A DNA stretch of 47,889 nt from Thermoplasmatota archaeon (GTDB lineage: Archaea > Thermoplasmatota > SW-10-69-26 > JACQPN01 > JAJPHT01). Below, piece after piece: positions 17,575-24,399 of this stretch. Location: assembly GCA_035553595.1 (NCBI GenBank), contig DATMKA010000193.1:1-47889 (forward strand), given 5' to 3'. Below the pieces are notes generated by a model. The model was not told where the DNA came from. It saw only the letters and a list, made by a program, of their open reading frames with translations, and did not search any database. Position numbers and translations under genes: made by a program. Each line of letters opens with the position of its first letter. Position 1 is the first letter of the stretch.

Positions 17575-17688
17575 TGGGGGTGGCCTCGCGGACCTGACCT
17601 TCCGTTGATCCCGGGAGCCCCTGCCCCTTTCGATCGAGGCAGGAGCTTAGGAAGACATTCGATTCTTCCTGCGGGCTTGGCAGTGAGC

Positions 17689-18588
17689 TTATCCGATCTG
17701 GGCGATCTGGTCCTGGATGGACTTGGCGGCGGCGCGCATCCAGTCGGCGTCCTCGCCCGTGAGGGGGTACTCGACAATCTTCTCGATGCCGCGCTTGCCG
17801 ATGACCGCGGGGACGCCGAGGGCGACGCCCTTCTGGCCGAACTCGCCGTCGAGGACGCACACGGTGGGCACGATCTGCTTGGGGCCCTGGCCGAGGGCGG
17901 CCTGCACCATCTGGCTGATGGCGATGCCGGGGGCGTAGTAGGTGGCGCCCTTCTTCTCGATGATGGAGGCGGCGCGGCCGCGGACGGTCTCCTTGGCGGC
18001 GTTCCAGTCCACCTTGGCGCCGCCGGTGTTGGCGATGCTCGCGGCGGGGAACATCTGCTCGCCGTGGTTGCCGAGGATCCAGGAGTCGTTCCAGATGGGG
18101 GCCTTCACGTTGTCGCGGAGCACGTCCCAGAGGCGCATGGAGTCGTGGAGGGCGCCCATGCCGTAGATCTGGCTGCGGGGGACGCCCGCGCTCTTCCAGG
18201 CGGCGTACACGAGGGGGTCCACGGGGTTCGTGACGATGTTGATCTGCGCCTTGGGGGAGGCGGCGAGGATCTTGCCCGTGATGTCCTTGATGATGCCGGC
18301 GTTCTTGAGGAGGAGGTCCTCGCGGGTCATGCCGGGCTTGCGGGCAAGACCTGCGGAGACGACGACGACGTCGGCGCCGGAGAGGAGGCCGTAGTCGGAG
18401 CCGCCGACCACGCGGGTCTCGAGGCCGAGGCCCGCGGCGGCGGTGTTGAGGTCCATGGCCTCGCCGACGGCGAGGTTCTCCTGGAGGTCAACGATCGCGA
18501 TCTCCTTGAGACCGTGAACGCGGTGGAGAGTCGAGTAGACAGCATTCGCGCCGATCTTGCCAGCGCCGACGAAGCCGACCTTGGTCAT
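17689..18588 (-). CDS. mdh: malate dehydrogenase (LDH-like MDH)
   Basis: MTKVGFVGAGKIGANA Rossmann motif, ARKPGMTREDLL (the Arg specifying oxaloacetate), IVTNPVD, and a GNHG active-site His region. Start at the internal ATG (CAT 18586-18588). Confidence 0.9.
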   Translation of the reverse strand: MTKVGFVGAGKIGANAVYSTLHRVHGLKEIAIVDLQENLAVGEAMDLNTAAAGLGLETRVVGGSDYGLLSGADVVVVSAGLARKPGMTREDLLLKNAGIIKDITGKILAASPKAQINIVTNPVDPLVYAAWKSAGVPRSQIYGMGALHDSMRLWDVLRDNVKAPIWNDSWILGNHGEQMFPAASIANTGGAKVDWNAAKETVRGRAASIIEKKGATYYAPGIAISQMVQAALGQGPKQIVPTVCVLDGEFGQKGVALGVPAVIGKRGIEKIVEYPLTGEDADWMRAAAKSIQDQIAQIG

Positions 18589-18700
18589 TTGGGCACCTGA
18601 GGCGGGCAATCCCCGGGCGGTTTAAGACGGTTTCGGGCACCCGGGAGCTCTCCGGAGGCGCCGTGACAGATGGGAGAACCTAAGAGACTGGGCCCCCTTC

Positions 18701-19630
18701 GTGGGGGTGTTGTCCCGGCCGCTCTCGGACTCCAACCCCCGCCTCGCGTGCCTCGCGGGGCTCCTCGCCTCCCTCGCCTTCGCCGTGAGCGAAGCGCTCG
18801 GGTACCACCGGAGCAGCTTCACGTTCACGGCCCTCGCGGCGTTCCTCCTGGGGCTTCCCCTCGCGGCGTACTTCGCGGGCATCGCTTTCTTCCCCGAGGC
18901 GACGGGGCGCCTGCTCACCCTCCGCTCCCGATTCAACCCCGACGAGGCGAGCCACGTGGCGGCGGGCGCCCTCGTGGCCTTCGCCCTCACCGTCACCTCG
19001 GCAAGGCCCCTCATCACGCTCGCGTACCGCCTGGAGGGCGGCGTGCCCGCAATCCCCGCCTCAGGGGCCGAGGTGCTCGCGGGCGCCGCCGTTCTCGCGC
19101 TCCTCACGCTCGGCGCCACGGTGCTGTGGATGACGACCGTGGAGCGCGCTGCCACGGTGTCCGACCTGGTGCGGCGGCTCCGCGTCCCCGGCGCAGCGCC
19201 CGGGAAAGCGGCGGCGATCGGTGCGGGCGTCGGCATCGCCTCCGTCATCTTGGCCACGGCCCTCGTGCTCCTGTGGAACCTCGCGGCCTCAGCCTTCGGC
19301 GAGCCCCCGGCGGAGGAGACGGTGGCGCAGGGCCTCGCGCTCGCGCTCGGCCTCGGTGGCATCGTTCTTGCGGCAGCCATCGCCGCTGTCCATGAGGAGG
19401 TGTTCTTCCGCGGTTTCCTGCTGCCCCGGATCGGGCTTGGGTTGCAGGCGGGGCTTTTCGCCGTGGGCCATGCCGCGTATGGGACGGCGCCGCAGGTGGT
19501 CGTGCCGCTCCTGCTCGGTCTCGGGTGGGGGTGGCTGTTCCTCCGTACGCGGTCGCTCCTCGCCCCGGTGGTCGCCCACTTCCTCTTCAACGTGGTGGGC
19601 TTCCTGTCAGCCGGGGGCTGGCTCGGGTGA
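18701..19630 (+). CDS. CPBP-family (CAAX protease/Abi-like) intramembrane metalloprotease
   Basis: Multi-pass membrane protein with the CPBP signature motifs HEEVFFRGF, FAVGHAAY and VVAHFLFN near the C-terminus. GTG start; the exact start is uncertain. Confidence 0.75.
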   Translation: MGVLSRPLSDSNPRLACLAGLLASLAFAVSEALGYHRSSFTFTALAAFLLGLPLAAYFAGIAFFPEATGRLLTLRSRFNPDEASHVAAGALVAFALTVTSARPLITLAYRLEGGVPAIPASGAEVLAGAAVLALLTLGATVLWMTTVERAATVSDLVRRLRVPGAAPGKAAAIGAGVGIASVILATALVLLWNLAASAFGEPPAEETVAQGLALALGLGGIVLAAAIAAVHEEVFFRGFLLPRIGLGLQAGLFAVGHAAYGTAPQVVVPLLLGLGWGWLFLRTRSLLAPVVAHFLFNVVGFLSAGGWLG

Positions 19631-19687
19631 CTCCCCGACCATGTCAGGTTGTAGGGGAATGTATCCCCTAAACGAAACACCGCCTAA

Positions 19688-19695
19688 TTTAAATA
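19688..19695 (+). promoter_or_regulatory. strong TATA-like box (TTTAAATA) upstream of the wHTH regulator gene
   Basis: TTTAAATA in an otherwise GC-rich spacer, about 40 nt upstream of the TTG at 19729 and about 80 nt upstream of the ATG at 19771. Confidence 0.35.
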
Positions 19696-19770
19696 CGGCA
19701 GCCGGATACTAAGGCGTAGCACGGGGCCTTGTCAAAGCCCTTAGCACGGATTCTCCGGAGCGACCCTCCC

Positions 19771-20109
19771 ATGCCCGAAACCGAAGCCGGCCAAGCCGAA
19801 GCCTATCCCGAGAGCAGCCTCACAGGGAAGATTGAGACGGAACTCGACCTCCTGCAGCGCCACGTGGCCATCCTGAAGGCCGTGAAGGACAACGAGCCCA
19901 TCGGCATCATCCGCCTCTCCGAGATCACGGGCCACCCGCAGCACAAGGTGCGGTACAGCCTGCGCATCCTCGAGCAGGAAGGCCTCATCGAGCCCTCGGC
20001 CCAGGGCGCTGTGACGACGGACCGACTCAACGAGTTCATTCCCCACCTCCGCCACATCCTCAACCTGATGACGGACACGGTGACGGAGCTCCGCAAGACG
20101 ATTGGTTGA
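19771..20109 (+). CDS. winged helix-turn-helix transcriptional regulator (archaeal, family not resolved)
   Basis: LLQRHVAILKAVKDNEPIGIIRLSEITGHPQHKVRYSLRILEQEGLIEPS is a classic wHTH. ATG at 19771 follows a GGAG about 10 nt upstream. The TTG at 19729 is an alternative start. Confidence 0.6.
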   Translation: MPETEAGQAEAYPESSLTGKIETELDLLQRHVAILKAVKDNEPIGIIRLSEITGHPQHKVRYSLRILEQEGLIEPSAQGAVTTDRLNEFIPHLRHILNLMTDTVTELRKTIG

Positions 20110-20191
20110 GGGCGCGGGGCCCCTCTGGCCCGGCCCAAAAATACTTAAGCGAATTGCTGTATAGTGGGGTCGCCCCCCTGGGGCGCCAATT

Positions 20192-20264
20192 GCCGCCTTA
20201 GCTCAGTAGGTAGAGCGACGGACTGTTAATCCGTAGGTCAATGGTTCGAACCCGTTAGGCGGCG
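20192..20264 (+). tRNA. tRNA-Asn (anticodon GTT)
   Basis: Manual cloverleaf: acceptor GCCGCCT/AGGCGGC, D-arm GCTC..GAGC, anticodon stem ACGGA/TCCGT with loop CTGTTAA, T-arm AATGG-TTCGAAC-CCGTT, discriminator G. No encoded CCA. A T6 run follows at 20272-20277. Confidence 0.9.
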
Positions 20265-20270
20265 CTGAGC

Positions 20271-20326
20271 CTTTTTTCATAGCCTTTCCCGCGTGAGCGT
20301 AGCGAGCGCGAGGGCTATGAAAAAAG
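20271..20326. terminator. perfect 14-bp hairpin with flanking T6/A6 runs just 3' of the tRNA (possible bidirectional terminator)
   Basis: CTTTTTTCATAGCC (20271-20284) pairs perfectly with GGCTATGAAAAAAG (20313-20326) across a 28-nt loop. The oligo-T is the usual archaeal termination signal. Confidence 0.5.
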
Positions 20327-20463
20327 GCGAAGGAGGCCGAGCGCACGAAGTGCGTTCGGCCGAACCGAGCCGCGCTTCCGAGCGGCACGCGCGCAGCGCG
20401 TGCGGCGAGGAAAGCGGCTCGCAGAACCGATTTTTCTGAGGGTTCAGAACCCCGACGCAACGC

Positions 20464-20661
20464 TCACCTCCCCGTCGGCCCCAAGGCCCAGTCCGACCCG
20501 GCATCGTTCCAGGTGGTGCCCATCCAGATGCCGAGGAGGAGGAGGCCGATGAGGGCGAGGATGACGAGGAACCAGGAGTAGTCGTTGTCGCGGAACCAGG
20601 TGAGGCCTCGGTCGACGGCACGCTCGGTGCGGCCTGACCGGACGGGGCGGAGATCGGCCAT
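20464..20661 (-). CDS. small single-pass membrane protein, hypothetical
   Basis: 65-aa ORF with one clear TM helix (WFLVILALIGLLLLGIWMG) and a consistent G/C third-position bias. Divergent from the histidine kinase gene. Confidence 0.45.
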   Translation of the reverse strand: MADLRPVRSGRTERAVDRGLTWFRDNDYSWFLVILALIGLLLLGIWMGTTWNDAGSDWALGPTGR

Positions 20662-20740
20662 GGTGGTGCTTCTCCCGGTGAGCGTCTTGAGGTTTCTCGT
20701 GGGGTCGTGGGTGGCGCGGGAGGGGTTTGCGCTTCCGAAG

Positions 20741-20747
20741 CTATATT
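20741..20747 (+). promoter_or_regulatory. TATA-like box (CTATATT) about 27 nt upstream of the kinase ATG
   Basis: This is the only AT-rich heptamer in the 113-bp divergent spacer. Its distance to the ATG at 20775 fits a leaderless or short-leader transcript. Confidence 0.3.
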
Positions 20748-20774
20748 GTCGATAGGGACCGAAGGGACACGGTT

Positions 20775-23441
20775 ATGGGTGACCTGCGGTTCGAGTCCTT
20801 CTACGAGCAGGTTGCCGAGTCGGAGGATCGAGCGGCCGAGATTGCGGGCTTGAGCGATGAGGCCGTCATCGCTGCCCTTGCGGCCGCGTCCCTGCGGAGC
20901 GACGCGTACTTGGCGAACGTGCTCGCGAGCGAGGCCTTCAACCGGGTGCGGCGGACGAGAACGATTGTCGAGACGGCGGCAGAAGGCATGTTCGCGCTCG
21001 ACACCTCGGGCCGCGTGGTCTCGCTGAACCCTGCGGCAGAGCGGCTTCTCGGGTGGCCGCGGAGCGCGCTTCTCGGGGAGCGCATGGAGACGTTCACGCA
21101 CCCCTGCTTCCCGGACGGGAGCGCCGGCGCGGAGGGCGGTTGCACGTTCCTGCGGCCCCTGCGAACGGGGGAGAGCGTCCAGGCCCATGAGGATCGTTTT
21201 GTGCGTGCGGACGGCGCGCCCATCCCCGTTGCCTACACGGCCTCTCCCATCCTGCGCGAGGGCACTGTGGAAGGCGTGGTCGTGGTGTTCCGGGACGTGA
21301 CGCCCCGCAAGCGTGCCGAGGCGGAGCGCGCAAACTTCGTGGAGCACCTGAAGGCGGCGCGCGCCGCCGCCGAGGAGGCGGAGGCCCGCGCGCGCTTCCT
21401 CGCGGAGGCGGGGATCGCGCTCGCGGCATGCCTCGACCTCGACAGGACTCTCGCTGTCCTCACGGACCTCGTGGTTCCCCGGCTGAGCGACGGGTGCACC
21501 GTCCATCTGCTCGACCGCACCGGACGGTTGCGGGAGGCCGCGGCTGCCCACGTTGACATGAAGCTCCAGCCCGCAGCGGTGCGCCTCGCGGCGGCTTACG
21601 CGCCGTCAGCTACCCGTGCCGGGCCAGGGGAGCGGGCCGCGCCCACCCTCTTGGAGGTGGTGGGTCCGCAACACTTGGAGGTTGCCGCCGCCGGAAGCGA
21701 TGAAGCCCTTTCCGCCCTTCAAGCCCTCGACCCCCAATCCCTTCTCGTGCTCCCGCTCATCGCAAGGGGCCGGACCCTCGGCACGCTCACGCTCTGCGCC
21801 ACGCAGCTTGGGCGCGGTTTCAAGGAGAGCGATCTCCCCTGGATGCTCGACCTCGCGAATCGTGCGGCCCTCGCCATGGACAACGCGCGGGTCTACCGCG
21901 AGGCCCAGGAGGAGCTTGCGGACCGGCAGCGCATGGAGGAGGCGCTCCGTCGCTCCGAGACGCAGCACCGCGCCCTCTTCACGAGCCTCCTCGACCCCGT
22001 CGTGGTCACGGACGAGCAGCGCCGCATCCAGCGCTTCAACCCCGCTTTCGAGAAGGCCTTCGGGTACCGCCTTGAGGACGTCTTCGGGCAGAGCACCTCC
22101 GTTCTCTATGCCGACCCCACCGAGCACGCCGAAACGGGAAGACGGCTCTCGCGCACCCATGGCGGCGAGGGGTTCATGCGGCGGATAGGGCTGCGGCGCA
22201 AGGACGGAACTTCGTTCCCCGCAGAGGTTTCCATCTCTCCCCTACACACGCACGACGGGCGGGCGGTAGGCTTCATCGGCACGATTCGCGACCTCACGGA
22301 GCACGTGGAGGCGGAGGAGGCCCTCCGACACAGCGAGGAGCAGTACCGCACACTCGTGGAATACTCCCCCGACCCCATCGCGGTGCACCGCCGGGGAACC
22401 CTCGTTTACCTGAACCCCGCCGCCGCCCACCTTCTTGGCGTGGAGGACCCGAGCGAGGTGCTCGGGCGATCGGCGCTCGACTTCGTGCATCCGGAGTCAA
22501 GGCCGCTCGTGGTTGAGCGCATGAACGCCCTCCTCACAGGCCACGAGCCCGCGCCGGCGGCCGAGGAGCGGCTCCTGCGGGCGGACGGCACCTCCATCTG
22601 GGCGGAGGTGGCCGCCATCCCCACGGTGTACGAGGGCGCGCCCGCCGTCCAGCTCGTGCTTCGCGACCTCACCGCCGAGAAAGCCGCGCAGGCCGAGGTG
22701 CTCCGCCTCAACGAGGAGCTTGAGCAGCGGGTCCGCCACCGCACGCGGGAGCTCGCGGCGGCAAACGCCGAGCTCGAAGCCTTCAGCTACACCGTTTCCC
22801 ACGACTTGCGGGCGCCGCTTCGCGGCATCGACTACTTCAGCCAAATCCTCGAGGAGGACCACTCCGAGGCCCTCGGGAAGATCGGGCGGGACGTGCTGCA
22901 ACGCGTCCGGAACGAGGCGCAGCGGGCCTCCACCCTCGTGAAGGACCTGCTTCAACTCTCCCAAGTGGGGCGGGCAGAGATCAGTTGGGAACCCGTGGAC
23001 CTCTCGCGCCTCGCCCGGTCCGTGGCCGAGGGGCTCCAGCGGCTCGACCCCGACCGGCCCGTCGTGTGGGAGATCGATGAGGGCCTCGCCACCACAGGCG
23101 ACCCGGACCTGCTTCGCCAGGTTCTCGAAAACCTCATCTCAAACGCTTGGAAGTACACGGGCAAGCAACCGAGCCCTCGCATCGAGTTCACGGCCACCAC
23201 GCAGGACGGGGAGTGCGTCTTCTCCGTGCGCGACAACGGCGCGGGCTTCGACCCGGACAAGGCGGATCGCCTGTTCGCCCCCTTCCAGCGCCTTCACGGC
23301 CCCCAAGAGTTCGAGGGCACGGGCGTAGGACTTGCGACGGTGCAGCGCATCCTACAGCGCCAGGGGGGCCGCGTTTGGGCCAAGGGAGCCCTCGGGAAGG
23401 GGGCGACGTTCTCCTTCACCGTGGGCAACCCCACCAGGTGA
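20775..23441 (+). CDS. multi-sensor (PAS-GAF-PAS-PAS) signal-transduction histidine kinase
   Basis: H-box FSYTVSHDLRAPLRGI, N-box NLISNAWKYT, G1 VRDNGAGFD, G2 GTGVGLATVQRI. PAS-like segments: FALDTSGRVVSLNPAAERLLGW, VVVTDEQRRIQRFNPAFEKAFGY, IAVHRRGTLVYLNPAAAHLLGV. A GAF-like block lies between them. ATG at 20775. Confidence 0.85.
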   Translation: MGDLRFESFYEQVAESEDRAAEIAGLSDEAVIAALAAASLRSDAYLANVLASEAFNRVRRTRTIVETAAEGMFALDTSGRVVSLNPAAERLLGWPRSALLGERMETFTHPCFPDGSAGAEGGCTFLRPLRTGESVQAHEDRFVRADGAPIPVAYTASPILREGTVEGVVVVFRDVTPRKRAEAERANFVEHLKAARAAAEEAEARARFLAEAGIALAACLDLDRTLAVLTDLVVPRLSDGCTVHLLDRTGRLREAAAAHVDMKLQPAAVRLAAAYAPSATRAGPGERAAPTLLEVVGPQHLEVAAAGSDEALSALQALDPQSLLVLPLIARGRTLGTLTLCATQLGRGFKESDLPWMLDLANRAALAMDNARVYREAQEELADRQRMEEALRRSETQHRALFTSLLDPVVVTDEQRRIQRFNPAFEKAFGYRLEDVFGQSTSVLYADPTEHAETGRRLSRTHGGEGFMRRIGLRRKDGTSFPAEVSISPLHTHDGRAVGFIGTIRDLTEHVEAEEALRHSEEQYRTLVEYSPDPIAVHRRGTLVYLNPAAAHLLGVEDPSEVLGRSALDFVHPESRPLVVERMNALLTGHEPAPAAEERLLRADGTSIWAEVAAIPTVYEGAPAVQLVLRDLTAEKAAQAEVLRLNEELEQRVRHRTRELAAANAELEAFSYTVSHDLRAPLRGIDYFSQILEEDHSEALGKIGRDVLQRVRNEAQRASTLVKDLLQLSQVGRAEISWEPVDLSRLARSVAEGLQRLDPDRPVVWEIDEGLATTGDPDLLRQVLENLISNAWKYTGKQPSPRIEFTATTQDGECVFSVRDNGAGFDPDKADRLFAPFQRLHGPQEFEGTGVGLATVQRILQRQGGRVWAKGALGKGATFSFTVGNPTR

Positions 23442-23484
23442 AGGCCCACAACCCTTATCGCCACGCGCGCCCCATCGGCCGTGA

Positions 23485-24399
23485 GTGACGCTGTCTGACG
23501 AGTCCCCCGGCCCGGTGCTCCCCTTCGGGACACCCATCTTCGAGGAGCGTGCCTTCCTCCTCCCGGAAGGCCCCAGCATCGTCATCGGCGACCTCCACGT
23601 GGGCCTCGAGGGGGAACTGCGCCGCGCGGGCATCCACCTCCCAAGCCAGACGTTCCGGATGAAGCAGCGCATCGAACGCCTCGTGGAGGCCACGGGGGCG
23701 AAGCGCCTCATCATCATCGGCGACCTCAAGCACACCATTCCCACGAGCAGCTTTCAGGAGGCGTTGGAACTCGCCCGCTTCTTCGACGGCTTACCGCTGC
23801 AGGTGGACCTCGTGAAGGGGAACCACGACGTGGACATGGGCTACCTGCCGCCCCACGTGACGGTCCACGACGGGCCCGGCATCCGCGTGGGCCACGTGGG
23901 CCTTCTCCACGGCCACACCTGGCCTGCGCCCGAGGTGATGGCTGCCCCCGTGGTGCTCAGCTGCCACAACCACCCCATGGTGCTCCTCCTCGACGCCTTG
24001 GGACATCGCCACAAGGAACCTGCCTGGGTGCGCGCGAAGTTCAGCGACCGCATCCGGGAGAAGTATCCCGAAGCGAACCCGGAGGCCCGCTTCGTGGTGA
24101 TGCCCGCCTTCAACGACCTGCTGGGCGGTGTCGCGTTCAACGCCGTCGAGGGGAGCGAACTTCTCGGGCCCCTGTTCGGAAACGGCATGGTGGACGTGGG
24201 CTCCGCCCGCCTCTACACCCTCGACGGTGTGGACCTCGGGACCCTCCAGGACCTCAAGAGCTTCGGCGATGCCGTGGAGAAGCCGAAGCGGCGGGGACGC
24301 CGCGGCAAGACCGTCGGGGAGTCCCGCTGGGAGCGCACGCGCGGCCTCCGCAACGGCCGCGGTCGCCGCCCCAAGGGAGGTGCCGGCCCCGATGGCTGA
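23485..24399 (+). CDS. metallophosphoesterase of the Lhr-associated MPE type
   Basis: Motifs VIGDLHVGLE, IIIGDLKH, KGNHD, LHGH, SCHNHP. Basic C-terminal tail. The stop overlaps the start of the downstream Lhr gene. Confidence 0.7.
   Translation: MTLSDESPGPVLPFGTPIFEERAFLLPEGPSIVIGDLHVGLEGELRRAGIHLPSQTFRMKQRIERLVEATGAKRLIIIGDLKHTIPTSSFQEALELARFFDGLPLQVDLVKGNHDVDMGYLPPHVTVHDGPGIRVGHVGLLHGHTWPAPEVMAAPVVLSCHNHPMVLLLDALGHRHKEPAWVRAKFSDRIREKYPEANPEARFVVMPAFNDLLGGVAFNAVEGSELLGPLFGNGMVDVGSARLYTLDGVDLGTLQDLKSFGDAVEKPKRRGRRGKTVGESRWERTRGLRNGRGRRPKGGAGPDG

Noticed and set aside
17649-17670. 7-bp hairpin AGGAAGA/TCTTCCT 19 nt downstream of the mdh stop as a terminator
   Set aside because: No oligo-T tract follows it on the transcribed (minus) strand and the stem is short. 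This is not enough to call a terminator.
14653-18600. ORFs 14653..16344 (+), 14906..16321 (-) and 17605..18600 (+)
   Set aside because: They are antisense or out-of-frame shadows of BNR paralog 2 and mdh.
20192-20463. tRNA-Asn as the attachment site of an integrated element
   Set aside because: No integrase or recombinase gene is present. No second copy of the tRNA 3' half appears in the window, and there is no compositional shift next to the tRNA. The only lower-GC islet (16.5-17.6 kb) is 2.6 kb away and separated from the tRNA by housekeeping mdh.
20203-21551. ORFs 20203..20460 (-) and 20277..21551 (-)
   Set aside because: The first overlaps the tRNA-Asn gene and the hairpin region. The second is antisense to the histidine kinase and spans the small membrane-protein gene out of frame. 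Both have junk-like composition.
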